Assembly: GCA_038245295.1 (NCBI GenBank)
Contig: JBBRSP010000014.1
Location: forward strand, 1-64,000
From: Candidatus Binatia bacterium
GTDB taxonomy: Bacteria > Desulfobacterota > Binatia > HRBIN30
Direction of reading: 5' to 3'
DNA: 64,000 nt
The first letter of the stretch is position 1; each line of letters starts with the position of its first letter. Positions 18,154 to 28,463 of the stretch are shown here, in pieces. The notes under the pieces were generated by a model. That model worked only from the letters and a program-made list of their open reading frames with translations. It was not told the DNA's origin and ran no database searches. Position numbers and translations under genes: made by a program.

Positions 18154-19226
18154 CGTCGCACCTCGTCGTACACCGACTCCATACGTTCGACCATTTTCCC
18201 CACCGAGAACTCCTGCGCCGCCAACCGTGCCGCGATCGAAAAACGCCGCTGCCGCTCATCGTCCCGCAGGAGCTCGCGTGTATGCCCCACAAACCCTTCG
18301 GCATCCCCGCTCGCAACCACGAAGCCGGTCTGCGCCGAACGGATCAGCTCGCGGGCTCCGCCAACGTCGGTAACAATTGCCGGCACGCCGCTAGCGAGAG
18401 CCTCGAGGACCACGTTCGGCATCCCCTCCCATCGCGACGTCAGCCAAAATAGACTCGCCTCGCGGAGAATGTTGTCGACATCCGAACGCTCACCGGCGAA
18501 CGTGACATGATCCGCAACACCCAGCTCTTCCGCGCGTCGCCGGAGCATGGTTTCCAAGGGACCGCCGCCGACGATGACGAATCGTAACCACGGGAACTCG
18601 TTCGCCAGACGAGCGGCGCACTGCAAGAACAGCTCATGGTTCTTTTGTTCGACCAACCGCCCAATGGTCACGATCGCCCCGTGTTTCGCGTATTCCGCTG
18701 CCGGCCGGAAACGCGTCGTATCAATTCCATTGAAGATCGTCCGGATGCGTTGGGGTGGCGCGCCGTAGGCCTCCCGAATGTACGTCGCGACATCGACCGA
18801 GTTGACGACGATGGCCCGGCTACGGTGGAACGCCAGGCGATTGAGCCACCAATTGAGTCGCCCCTGCACCTTGCGGTTTCGCGCCGACGTGATCAGTCGG
18901 AGATGCGGGAAGCGAACCGACGCCAGACCCGCCGCCGCATTGGCGAGAAAGAGCCAGGAGTGTACGATCTCGATCCGATCCTCGTCCAGGGCGGACGCAA
19001 AGGCCCGCATTCTTGCGACGGCGCTGCCGCGGAACACGGTTACCGGGATTCCCTGAGCCTTCAACTCCGCCCCATAGGGCTCACTGGCCGCCGATAGGCA
19101 GTAGACTCGCGGCACGAAGCGGCGCGGGTCCAATTGTCGAGCCAGGAGTACCAATTGCCCTTCGGCACCGCCGCGTGTCAGCTGGCCAATGACCAGGCCG
19201 ACACGGGTCGCCGCATCGTTCGTCAC
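18150..19226 (-). CDS. Glycosyltransferase family 4
   Basis: GGAEGQL, NGID, GRLVEQKNH and EGMPNVVLEA motifs; GTG start overlapping the upstream stop inferred. Confidence 0.9.
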   Translation of the reverse strand: MTNDAATRVGLVIGQLTRGGAEGQLVLLARQLDPRRFVPRVYCLSAASEPYGAELKAQGIPVTVFRGSAVARMRAFASALDEDRIEIVHSWLFLANAAAGLASVRFPHLRLITSARNRKVQGRLNWWLNRLAFHRSRAIVVNSVDVATYIREAYGAPPQRIRTIFNGIDTTRFRPAAEYAKHGAIVTIGRLVEQKNHELFLQCAARLANEFPWLRFVIVGGGPLETMLRRRAEELGVADHVTFAGERSDVDNILREASLFWLTSRWEGMPNVVLEALASGVPAIVTDVGGARELIRSAQTGFVVASGDAEGFVGHTRELLRDDERQRRFSIAARLAAQEFSVGKMVERMESVYDEVRR

Positions 19227-19822
19227 GCGTCTTGCCCAAGTGCGCCTTCGACCAGCTCTTGCGGGCTTGCCAGGGTATCGTCCGGCCGTTGACCGATCAC
19301 CTTGGCGGGAACCCCGCCAACGATCGCATACGCCGGCACGTCGCGATTGACGATCGAACCGGCGGCAACAATCGCTCCGGTCCCGATCCGTACTCCTTTC
19401 AGGACACGCACGCCGCAGCCAATCCAAACATCGTCCTCGACGATGATCCGTTCACCAACCTTGGGCTGCAGCCGGATCGGCAGGCGCCGCGTCGAAAACC
19501 CATGATCCTCTGAGATCAACGATGTATTGTGCGCCACCAGAACATCCCTGCCAATTGCCAATCCACCGAAGCCATCGAGGAAACAGTTCTCGCCGATCAT
19601 ACTCCCGGCGCCGATGCTGACGCCCTCGGGGAACCAGATTGTGACGTTGTCCCGAAACCACACCCAACCTTCGATACGGCGCAGGAACAGCTTGAGCACG
19701 CCGTAGCGCAGCACATCCCCCGTGAGCATCGGCAAATACTTCACCAGGCCGTACACGAAGTGGAAGACCAGGTACCGCAGGCTTTGCGCAGGACTGAGAC
19801 TGGCTTTACGCTCAGGCTGCAT
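19223..19822 (-). CDS. Hexapeptide-repeat (LbH) acyltransferase
   Basis: IIVEDDVWIG, VRIGTGAIVAAGSIVNRDVP and GGVPAKVI motifs. Confidence 0.9.
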   Translation of the reverse strand: MQPERKASLSPAQSLRYLVFHFVYGLVKYLPMLTGDVLRYGVLKLFLRRIEGWVWFRDNVTIWFPEGVSIGAGSMIGENCFLDGFGGLAIGRDVLVAHNTSLISEDHGFSTRRLPIRLQPKVGERIIVEDDVWIGCGVRVLKGVRIGTGAIVAAGSIVNRDVPAYAIVGGVPAKVIGQRPDDTLASPQELVEGALGQDA

Positions 19823-19828
19823 CCGTAC

Positions 19829-20578
19829 TCACGCGTTCAAGGGTTTGCGCGCCACGCACAGCAGCGACACGCCGACCGGGAGATTCCAGCGCCGAATGAG
19901 CAGCGCCTCGGCACCAAACAGCTTGCCGAGTAGTGAGTTCACCAGCCCCGGCTTGTTCATCGTAAAGTCCGACACCAGCTCCGTCCCCTCGGCTTCCGGC
20001 ACGAAGCGCCGAAAGAGGCGAACTGCAGCGACAACCGGGAAGAGGAACGTGTTGATATAAGTGAAGCGGCGAATCTCCAGGCCCTGCTGGCGGAACAACT
20101 CGGCGAACTCAGCGCCGCGATAACGCCGCTTGTGGTGATTGATCGTGTCCTGACGTCCCCACATCCACGGATAGGCCGGCACGGTGACCATCAAGTAGCC
20201 GCCCGGCTTGCAGACGCGGGCCAACTCCCGCGCACACTGCTGATCATCGGTGATGTGCTCGACGAGATCGAAGGCGGTAATCAGATCGATCGAACCGGTT
20301 TTGAATGGCAGCGTCGTCACGTCGCCACGCAGCACCGGAACCGAGGCGCGAGCCCGCGCATACTTGGCGGCAACCGCACCCCAATCGAGGCCGACGGCCC
20401 GCCCATAGGTGGTCAGGAAGTTGAGATTGACGCCGGTGCCGCAACCAAGATCGACGAGCAGTGCATCCTTCGGCAAATTGAGTGAGCGAAGCAGCGTGTC
20501 GAAAATCGTCCGCCGTCCTTCAAACCACCAGTGCGTCGCTTCGATTTGCGCGTATTCTTCGTAAAACGTTTCTTCCAA
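19829..20578 (-). CDS. Class I SAM-dependent methyltransferase
   Basis: HWWF, VDLGCGTG, DLVEHI, TVPA and HKRRY motifs. Confidence 0.88.
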   Translation of the reverse strand: MEETFYEEYAQIEATHWWFEGRRTIFDTLLRSLNLPKDALLVDLGCGTGVNLNFLTTYGRAVGLDWGAVAAKYARARASVPVLRGDVTTLPFKTGSIDLITAFDLVEHITDDQQCARELARVCKPGGYLMVTVPAYPWMWGRQDTINHHKRRYRGAEFAELFRQQGLEIRRFTYINTFLFPVVAAVRLFRRFVPEAEGTELVSDFTMNKPGLVNSLLGKLFGAEALLIRRWNLPVGVSLLCVARKPLNA

Positions 20579-20580
20579 TT

Positions 20581-21558
20581 CTATACCTCTGCCGGCGGGG
20601 CCGACTCGTCATCGAACCCGACACGGTCGCGCACGATGTACAGCGGGCGGCGTTTCACTTCATCGAAAATCCGGCCCACGTATTCCCCAAGGATCCCCAA
20701 CGACATGAGTTGCACACCACCGAGAAACAAAATGATCACCACCGTCGACGTCCACCCCAGCAACAACTGCTCGCCACCAAACAATCGCAAGGCCAGAAAG
20801 CAGACAATCAGCAGGAAGGCGATCAGAGAGATCAGAAACCCAAGCTGTGTCGCCAGACGCAGCGGCACAAACGAATGCGAGATGAGCCCGTCGTATGCCA
20901 GTCGTATCAGTTTCGACAGCGGATACTTCGATTCGCCGGCAAAGCGTGGATCGCGGTCGTACTCGAAGCCCACCTGTTTGAAGCCGGTCCACGCGCGGAT
21001 ACCACGCACGAAGCGGTTGCGTTCGGGCATCTGGTTGAGAACATCGACGACCCGGCGATCGAGCACCGCGAAATCACCCGAATCGAGCGGGATCTCGATG
21101 CTCGAGAGACGGCGCAGCAACCGATAGAAGACGCGGTAGGCAGTGCGTTTGAAGATGTTCTCGCGGCGCGTTCGACGCACGGCGTAGACCACCTGGTAGC
21201 CCTCGCGCCAGCGCTTGAGCATCTCGGGCACGAGCTCGGGTGGATCCTGCAGGTCGCCGTCGATGACCGCCACGGCCTGGCCGCGTGCATGGTGTAAGCC
21301 GGCGGTCACAGCGGTCTGATGGCCGAAGTTGCGCGAGAAACTCAGCACGCGCACGGTCGGCTCCGTCGCCGCCAGCCGTGCCAGCTGCTCGAATGTCGAA
21401 TCGGTGCTGCCGTCGTCGACAAAGATGATCTCGTAGGACTCTCCGCATCCGCGTAAGGCGGCCTGGGCGCGGGCGTGAAACTTGGCCAACGTCTCTTGCT
21501 CGTTGAACATCGGCACCACCAACGAGAGGGTGGGCCGCTCTTTGCCGCGTGCTGTCAT
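20581..21558 (-). CDS. GT2 polyprenyl-phosphate glycosyltransferase (GtrB/ArnC-like)
   Basis: FVDDGSTD, SRNFGHQTA, DGDLQDPPE, GDF motifs; two C-terminal TM helices; GEYVGRIF. Confidence 0.92.
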   Translation of the reverse strand: MTARGKERPTLSLVVPMFNEQETLAKFHARAQAALRGCGESYEIIFVDDGSTDSTFEQLARLAATEPTVRVLSFSRNFGHQTAVTAGLHHARGQAVAVIDGDLQDPPELVPEMLKRWREGYQVVYAVRRTRRENIFKRTAYRVFYRLLRRLSSIEIPLDSGDFAVLDRRVVDVLNQMPERNRFVRGIRAWTGFKQVGFEYDRDPRFAGESKYPLSKLIRLAYDGLISHSFVPLRLATQLGFLISLIAFLLIVCFLALRLFGGEQLLLGWTSTVVIILFLGGVQLMSLGILGEYVGRIFDEVKRRPLYIVRDRVGFDDESAPPAEV

Positions 21559-23264
21559 GATTCCTTCGAGACGTAGATGTTGATTTCCGGGTTCAGGCTA
21601 TTGATGCGGGGCTTGATCCAATAGAGAGGGGTCTGCATCTGAACGACACGGTGATAGCCGAGAGTCTCGCCGCGCAGTCCAAGCATGAACTGCTTGGCCG
21701 CGTCGGAATCGCTGAAGATGGCATCACCCGGCTTCCAGTCCTTTGCATAATGCCCCGTCAAACCTGCCTTTCCCCCGCCGCTCAGAACGACAAACTCAGG
21801 ACGCCGCTTGGCGAACGCGTCGATGCGACGCTCGGCTTCGGGAACCTTGGTGACACGTAGATCACTGGCGAAACGCGGCAGATAGGTCTGCGGCTGGTAG
21901 ACCTCAATTCTTTGGCCAGCCCGGGCATGCGCCCGCAACCACTCCTCGGCGGCATACCGCGGGTCACGCAGCAGTAGGTGGTCGACTTCCAATCCGGGGA
22001 GAATCGCCAGAACGATCACCACCGCCTGAGCCAGGGCACCGACAAACGGGATCCGCACCGTCCACTGGACAATTTCCTGAACCGTCGCCGCGGCCAGAAG
22101 CAAAGCGAAGAATGAGAGCGGCATAACGTAGCGCACCGGCAACAACTCCAAGGCGCGCAGCGACAAGGCGTAGTACGCCGCGACGACCGTGAACAACAAC
22201 AACAGGGCGCCGCGGCGACGCAGCAAGGCGACGACCACCCCGAGGCTCGCCAAGACGGCGACAGGTGGTGTCAAAGCCTGCAACGCCACCCCAAACGCTT
22301 TCAGGATGTGCCGCCCCTCGCGTTCGAGCGAAAGGCCTTTCGGCACCTGCACGAGGAACTGATAGGGCGCATATTTCTCGCGTAGCTCGGCCGGAAGAAT
22401 GCCGAGGAGGAAGCGCCAGCGATTCCAATAGCCGGCGGGATTCCACCAGACGTTGCCGACCACCACCGTAACGATCACGGCACAGATCACGGCGCTGAAC
22501 GTTTGCCCTCGCCAGCCACGAAACAGTGGCTTGCCGAAGTTCCACCGCCATATGAGCCACACGAACGGTAGCGCCGCGAGAAGTCCTACGGCTTGCTCTT
22601 TCGTGAGCAGAGCCATTGCCGCCGCCACACCGGCAATCGCCGCCGACAGTCGAGAGTCGCCCTCTGCCGCCCCGACCACAGCCAGGATGGCAAGGACGCA
22701 CCAGAACAACAGTGCCACATCGACATTGGCTGTGTGTGAGTAAAAGACCAGCGGGTAGAAGCCGGCAACCAGAAAGCCGCTGAGCTCGCCGGCCACCACA
22801 CCAAACAACCGCCAGCCCAGGACGATGGCCACGGCGGTCACTCCGACACCCATGAGCGCCGATACCAGCCGGGTCAGGACCGCAAGAATTGCCAGGCTGC
22901 GTTCCGGGTCCTTGAAACCGTAGGGATACGTCGACGACGGCGACTTGAGCTCGCCGCGGAAATGCGCCCATGCCAGGTAAGGGGACTGAGCCATCAGCAG
23001 AACGGTCGGATGACCAAGAGGATACTTAAAATAGAACCAGCCGGAATTGCGGCTGTCTCCCATCAGAACGTGTTTGCCGACGGCCATCGGTGTCAGAGGC
23101 TGCAGCGAATCGGCCGCCCAGGTGTTGTTGTCGTTGGGCAAGCCCCACTGGATCCCGACCAGATTGAGAACCAAGCTCAGCACGAGCGCCAGTAGCACGC
23201 GGCCGAAGCGCGGTGAATGCAGCTCGTCGGGGCGGATCCTGACCTTGGCTGACTTAGCTGACAT
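21555..23264 (-). CDS. Multi-TM GT-C fold glycosyltransferase (ArnT/PMT-like)
   Basis: About 11-12 TM segments, WGLP..WAAD loop, TKE and RY motifs; adjacent to the GtrB-like gene. Confidence 0.7.
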   Translation of the reverse strand: MSAKSAKVRIRPDELHSPRFGRVLLALVLSLVLNLVGIQWGLPNDNNTWAADSLQPLTPMAVGKHVLMGDSRNSGWFYFKYPLGHPTVLLMAQSPYLAWAHFRGELKSPSSTYPYGFKDPERSLAILAVLTRLVSALMGVGVTAVAIVLGWRLFGVVAGELSGFLVAGFYPLVFYSHTANVDVALLFWCVLAILAVVGAAEGDSRLSAAIAGVAAAMALLTKEQAVGLLAALPFVWLIWRWNFGKPLFRGWRGQTFSAVICAVIVTVVVGNVWWNPAGYWNRWRFLLGILPAELREKYAPYQFLVQVPKGLSLEREGRHILKAFGVALQALTPPVAVLASLGVVVALLRRRGALLLLFTVVAAYYALSLRALELLPVRYVMPLSFFALLLAAATVQEIVQWTVRIPFVGALAQAVVIVLAILPGLEVDHLLLRDPRYAAEEWLRAHARAGQRIEVYQPQTYLPRFASDLRVTKVPEAERRIDAFAKRRPEFVVLSGGGKAGLTGHYAKDWKPGDAIFSDSDAAKQFMLGLRGETLGYHRVVQMQTPLYWIKPRINSLNPEINIYVSKES

Positions 23265-24636
23265 AGTGCTCACGCGTTTGGCCCGACCGCAAGGATAGCG
23301 GACGTCCGCGCAGGCCGGATGGCAGCGGAACCCCGAAGCTCCGCAGTACTGTCGGCGTGATGTCGAGGAGATCGATGGCATCGGTGCGGCCGACCGGTCC
23401 GGTGCCGGTGCGGTCGCTCAGAATGAAGATCCCGTCGGGGTGATGGTTGGCGCCATCGGGGCCGGTATCGTTTTCCGCGCTGAAGCACGACTCGTATCCA
23501 ACACCGCCCAGGATCCGCCACGCCAGTTCACCACCATACAACATGAGATCAGGAGCCATCCCTTCGACCCGGGCAAAACGCTGGCGCGGCAGGAAGGCCT
23601 CGTTGCGCATTGCCTGCCCATCGTCGCCGTGCAGCGCCTCGAGGTCGCGCTGCAGTCCCACGAGCAGCGTCTCAGCATCCCGCGGATCCACAACACCCTG
23701 CGGCTCACGGCCGCGCATGTTGAGGAAAAGACGACCGGCATATCCGCCGTCAGCCCATACTCGTGTGCGCGGCCAATCGATCAGTTCCGGCCGCAGCGGC
23801 GTGGCGCGCTGCGCCTTTTCCTTGAGCACAAGATCACCCCGCTCCATCAGCCATTGATTGATTCTAAACCCGCCGCGCATCGTCTGCGCCCCATGGTCGG
23901 ACACAACGAGGATGAGCGCATCCGGCGGCAGCGCCGCGCACAACTCACCAACGCGCCGATCGAGGAACGCGTAATAGTCAAAGAGGACGCGCTCGCTGGC
24001 CTCGTCGTCTCCCCAGAACGCATGATGCAGTCGATCCGGACCCATCTCGACCATCATGAAGAAATCCCACTCCTCGGCACCAACCAGATACTCCGCCAAA
24101 TCGAAATGGCCCGCCGTCTTGCGGTAGAGGCGCTGCAACAACGCCGCACGATCGTCCGTCCGATACTCTCCCACATCAAACTCGTAGTCGGGAAACCTCG
24201 CCTCGATCCGCGACCGCAGTTGTGCCGGGTAGGTATACTCGCTGCCTCGTGACGGCGTCAGGAAGCAACTGACCAGACTGCCGCGCAACGGCAGCGGCGG
24301 ATAGGTCAGCGGCACACCCACAATTAGCGAGCGCAACCCTTCGCGCCCGAGCCAATCCCAGACACGCGGGTGGGAAACGCAATGCGAATCGGCGATACGA
24401 ACGGCATCGTACGCCGGGCCGCTGCGATTGCGAAATCCGTACAACCCGAGCTCTCCCGGATCGCGCCCGGTCACCATCACCTGCCAGGCGGGCACGGTGA
24501 TCGGCGGATCGCAGCTGCGCAAGGTTCCCCACAGTCCTCCCTGGCGCAACGCGTCCAGATGGGTCAACTGCCCGCCCCAGCGCTCGAACACCAGCTCGGG
24601 CGGCACACAGTCCAGTCCTATGATGGCGACCTTCAC
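23254..24636 (-). CDS. Alkaline-phosphatase superfamily protein (type I phosphodiesterase/nucleotide pyrophosphatase-like)
   Basis: IIGLDC, PPITVPAW, DRLHH, VVSDHG and GPDGANH motifs. Confidence 0.85.
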   Translation of the reverse strand: MKVAIIGLDCVPPELVFERWGGQLTHLDALRQGGLWGTLRSCDPPITVPAWQVMVTGRDPGELGLYGFRNRSGPAYDAVRIADSHCVSHPRVWDWLGREGLRSLIVGVPLTYPPLPLRGSLVSCFLTPSRGSEYTYPAQLRSRIEARFPDYEFDVGEYRTDDRAALLQRLYRKTAGHFDLAEYLVGAEEWDFFMMVEMGPDRLHHAFWGDDEASERVLFDYYAFLDRRVGELCAALPPDALILVVSDHGAQTMRGGFRINQWLMERGDLVLKEKAQRATPLRPELIDWPRTRVWADGGYAGRLFLNMRGREPQGVVDPRDAETLLVGLQRDLEALHGDDGQAMRNEAFLPRQRFARVEGMAPDLMLYGGELAWRILGGVGYESCFSAENDTGPDGANHHPDGIFILSDRTGTGPVGRTDAIDLLDITPTVLRSFGVPLPSGLRGRPLSLRSGQTREHYVS

Positions 24637-24755
24637 GGACCCGCCAACTCTCGATCTTCCAGGCTCTTCACGATGGGCACACCATTCGCGTCAACGATCC
24701 GCGACTCACCGTTCGCCCCGTGCGACGCAACGTAGCGCGATACCATCGGCCAGCA

Positions 24756-26021
24756 TCACACCGCGCGCACGGCCTGACCGGTCACAGTCGGCGCCTCAAA
24801 GATCTCGACGCCGGCGAGGAAGTCGAACATCTGCCGGCGCAACAGGTCGGCCCGCTCGGCCTCCGCCTCGATGACGTTGTAACGCTCCATCGGATCTTCG
24901 TGCAGATCGAAATATTCGTTCGCCTCGTTTGAGCGCCAGACGAACTTCTCGCGTCGGGTCCAGAGCGCCCGCGAGCGCAGAGCGTGCTCGCTTGACGCGC
25001 CTTCCTGGCGGAAACGCTCAGCGAACGCGAACGGGCGCTGCATCGTCGCACGGCCCTCTTCGATGAACGCTTGCCCGTGCAGGCTTGCCGCCTCGTAGGG
25101 CAATCGCGCCAGCGCAAGCATCGTTGGCGCAACATCGATCGACTGCAGGAGACCATCGAGTACAAAACCCTGCGGCACGATCTGCGGACAGCGGGCGATC
25201 AGCGGAATATGGAGCGCATCGTGGCCTAGATCAGCGCCGTGATCGACACGTGTCTTCGCACCGAGGTGAATTCCATGATCGGACGTCACGACAATGAGCG
25301 TGCGATCCAGGTCGCCGCGCGCCGAAAGAAACTGCACAACGTCACCGATTCGTTCGTCGACATAGCGAATCGCCGCGTCGTAGGAATCCACCCGCTGCGC
25401 CGCCGCGTCGCCGGCATGCGCCGGGGTAGCGAAAAAATGCTGATACAATGGGGGCAACTCGGTCGTGCAACGCGTGTCATCGAAGTGCACGAATGCAAAA
25501 TACGGTTGCGTCGCTTCCGACACCCAACGCCGCAAGGCATTGACCGAACGTCGCGCGCCGGCATCGCTGCGTTTCAAGAGCCGGTCGGCGGCGCGCCGCC
25601 CGAGATGCGCTGCCCGCGTCGCCAGGCGAGAGCGATAGCGTTGCGTGTAGAATGCGTCGAAGCCTCTCCCTAGCCCCGTCTCCACACTCACCTCACTGTG
25701 CGTGCAGAACGCCGCCGTGCGGTAACCCGCCGCTTTCGCCAGACCCGCCAGGGTGGGAACGGCCGGGGACAACATAGGATGCTCGCTGGTAGCACCGTGA
25801 GTAACCGCATAGAGGCCCGTGAACAGGGAGGCATGTGCCGGCAAGGTGGAGGGAGCAGACGCGTAGGCCTGTGTGGCCCGCACTCCTTCCCGCGCGAGAC
25901 CATCGATCACCGGTGTGGTAGCGCGGGCATAGCCGTAGGCCGACACGTGATCGGCACGTAATCCGTCGATGACGATCAACAGAAGGTTCAACGGCTGGCG
26001 TTTCGCTTCACTCACATCCAC
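24756..26021 (-). CDS. Sulfatase-like hydrolase/transferase without the CxPxR motif
   Basis: LIVIDGLRADH, TPVID, STLPAHASLFTG and TSDHG motifs. Confidence 0.8.
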   Translation of the reverse strand: MDVSEAKRQPLNLLLIVIDGLRADHVSAYGYARATTPVIDGLAREGVRATQAYASAPSTLPAHASLFTGLYAVTHGATSEHPMLSPAVPTLAGLAKAAGYRTAAFCTHSEVSVETGLGRGFDAFYTQRYRSRLATRAAHLGRRAADRLLKRSDAGARRSVNALRRWVSEATQPYFAFVHFDDTRCTTELPPLYQHFFATPAHAGDAAAQRVDSYDAAIRYVDERIGDVVQFLSARGDLDRTLIVVTSDHGIHLGAKTRVDHGADLGHDALHIPLIARCPQIVPQGFVLDGLLQSIDVAPTMLALARLPYEAASLHGQAFIEEGRATMQRPFAFAERFRQEGASSEHALRSRALWTRREKFVWRSNEANEYFDLHEDPMERYNVIEAEAERADLLRRQMFDFLAGVEIFEAPTVTGQAVRAV

Positions 26022-26036
26022 CTCGTCTCGGCTGGA

Positions 26037-27293
26037 TCACAGTTTGCACAACCAGGTCCAGAATTCCTTATTGTAGCGGTCAGGGTTGCGAGCCAAGCGC
26101 ATACGATAGGACAGGATGAGATCGTCCCACACTCCTTGCCCGCTAACGCCTTGATAGACCAGCTCCGAAGGAAACTTGAGCCGCAGATTCCACGCCGCCG
26201 GCGTGCCCCGGTACACCCAGTCGCTCTGGCGTGTAAAATCGATCACCCAGTCGCCCCCGTGCGGCCCGTCGACGATCCAATACGAGACGATGTTGATCCG
26301 TTTGGCGAGTGTCGGATCGCCTTCGAGAAGGCGAGTGAAGTAGGCGTGGAATTGCTCGTAGAGATCCGCCGGCGCCGGCGGTTCGCTAGCGCGCTGCGCC
26401 GCGATACGCTCTTCCCATTCGCGACTGAGCTCCTCGATATGTGCCAGCCGGTTGCCCCACTCGGGCGGCGCCTTGTGGCGCGCCACGCGACCCGACTCCC
26501 ACACGTCGCCCGGGTTGAGCTGCAATCCTTCGATCTCTGGCGCCTCGGCCGCCAGGCGCTCAACAGCGTCTTGCGGTGTGTTCACGTAGTGCGATGTGTT
26601 CATGAACAGCTGATCCGGAGCCAGGAACGCAACGTTGCCGGCCGCCGGAACCACCTGTTTGGCGCCTAGAAGTTTGGCCCAATTGACGAACTCCTCGACA
26701 TGCGACTCCTTCGAGGCACGCCAGCGTTCGATCTTCGAAGCTAAAGGAAACTCGAAGCAGCCAGGATACTGGCTGGCTCCGGTGAACGTGATGAAGGCCA
26801 GGTCGATGTTCTCCTGCTCCCCCAGTCGCTCGAGCGTCGCCTCGTCGAGATGACAATCGTTGACGTTGAGAACGGACCGTTCGCGATCTTTGACGAGAAT
26901 GGCGCTGTCATCCCAGGCGCGATCCGGTGCGATCAATCGCACCGCCAAGCCACTGCCGTTGAGCTTCGTTTCCTTCCCGAACTCCAACTCGGTGATACTG
27001 TGAAAACCGATCGCCTTGATCCGATCATGGAAGCGACGCCGTTTGAACTTGGCAATCAGAATCTCGGTGCTCTTATCGAGCTGCGCCAACGCCGGTGGAT
27101 CGAAATGGTCCGGATGCTCATGCGAGATGTACAGATAGTCGATCTTCGGCAGATCCTGCGGCGTGGTCTCCAAGGGTGGATAGTGCCACCACGTACCATG
27201 GTACGTCGGATCGACGAGCCACGGGTCCATCAGCAGGCGCGTGCCGCCGGATTCGACAAGGATGCACGCGTGACCGATATACGTAACCTTCAT
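26037..27293 (-). CDS. Metallo-beta-lactamase-fold protein (CMAH/NamH-like, no Rieske motif)
   Basis: GHA, DPWL, ISHEHPDH, DSAIL and NVNDC motifs; SCP2-like C-terminal region. Confidence 0.75.
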   Translation of the reverse strand: MKVTYIGHACILVESGGTRLLMDPWLVDPTYHGTWWHYPPLETTPQDLPKIDYLYISHEHPDHFDPPALAQLDKSTEILIAKFKRRRFHDRIKAIGFHSITELEFGKETKLNGSGLAVRLIAPDRAWDDSAILVKDRERSVLNVNDCHLDEATLERLGEQENIDLAFITFTGASQYPGCFEFPLASKIERWRASKESHVEEFVNWAKLLGAKQVVPAAGNVAFLAPDQLFMNTSHYVNTPQDAVERLAAEAPEIEGLQLNPGDVWESGRVARHKAPPEWGNRLAHIEELSREWEERIAAQRASEPPAPADLYEQFHAYFTRLLEGDPTLAKRINIVSYWIVDGPHGGDWVIDFTRQSDWVYRGTPAAWNLRLKFPSELVYQGVSGQGVWDDLILSYRMRLARNPDRYNKEFWTWLCKL

Positions 27294-28463
27294 TCATACT
27301 CCTCGAACAACACTCTCCGGAACCACCGCGAAGTCTGCATCGCGCTGGCCCAGGAGGTGCAAATACATCGTCTCCATCTGTCGCACCATCGATCGCGCCG
27401 AGAAGCCGACGACGACGACACTGCGACTGCGGCGGCCCATCTGCCGCATTTTCTCCGGTTCGGCAAGCATCGCCGCGATGGCAGCGCTGAGAGCCGGCAC
27501 GTCGCGCGGTGGGACCAGCAGCCCCGTCTCACCGCGGCGCACGACTTCTCCGGTGCCACCGACGTCGGTCGCCACAACCGGCTTCTCCATCGCCATCGCT
27601 TCCAAAATTGCGTTCGACATGCCCTCGTCGTGCGAGCTTTGGACGAACACATCGAACGCCGAGTAGACCTCCGGCATGTCGTTGCGCCGGCCAACCAGAC
27701 TCAAGTAATCCTTCAAGCCGCGTTCGTTGACCAACGCCTGCGCCGCCTCATCCAAGCGCACGTCGCCGACGATCACACCGTGGGCCAGGGGGTACGTGCG
27801 TCGCACTTCGGCGAGGGCGCGAAGGAACTCCTCGACTCCCTTACGCACCGCCTGACGGGTGACAATGCCGACCACCAGACGCTCCTCGGGCACACCGAGG
27901 CGGCGCTTGAACTGAATCGGCGGTAAGGGACTAAAACGATCCGTATCGACGCCGCTCGGAACAACGAACATCTTCTCTTTGGCGAGACCTTCGTTGTCGT
28001 GGACGAAGTCACGCACCGCCTCGGCGTTCACCATGACACGGTCAGCCAAGGCATTCCCAAGCTTGGCGCTGATCAACTCGAAGCCGCGGCGCTCGTGACA
28101 GCCACGTTTGGACCCGATAACGACCGGTACCCGGGCCAGCCGACCCGCAACGGCCCCGACCATGTTGGCGCGCAACAGGTAGTTGTGAACGATGTCGATA
28201 CGCTCACGACGCAACAGTTGCGCCGCCGTGCGAAAGCGGTTCAGGAGATCGATCCCACGGAAGCCGGCTTCCTCACCGGGTGTGAAAACCGGAATGCCGA
28301 GCGACCGCACATCGTCCATCAACGCGCCCTTGCCGGTAAGGCAAATGAGTATGGGCTCGAAGCGCTCTCGGTCCAACAACTGCAGCACCTGACGCAAGTG
28401 CGTCTGACTGCCGCCCACCACCATTTCCTTGATCGCGTAAGCGATCCGTACGCGTCGCTTCAT
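27294..28463 (-). CDS. Glycosyltransferase family 4
   Basis: GGSQTHL, SGVD and EGMSNAILEAMA motifs; ATG overlaps the upstream stop. Confidence 0.9.
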   Translation of the reverse strand: MKRRVRIAYAIKEMVVGGSQTHLRQVLQLLDRERFEPILICLTGKGALMDDVRSLGIPVFTPGEEAGFRGIDLLNRFRTAAQLLRRERIDIVHNYLLRANMVGAVAGRLARVPVVIGSKRGCHERRGFELISAKLGNALADRVMVNAEAVRDFVHDNEGLAKEKMFVVPSGVDTDRFSPLPPIQFKRRLGVPEERLVVGIVTRQAVRKGVEEFLRALAEVRRTYPLAHGVIVGDVRLDEAAQALVNERGLKDYLSLVGRRNDMPEVYSAFDVFVQSSHDEGMSNAILEAMAMEKPVVATDVGGTGEVVRRGETGLLVPPRDVPALSAAIAAMLAEPEKMRQMGRRSRSVVVVGFSARSMVRQMETMYLHLLGQRDADFAVVPESVVRGV

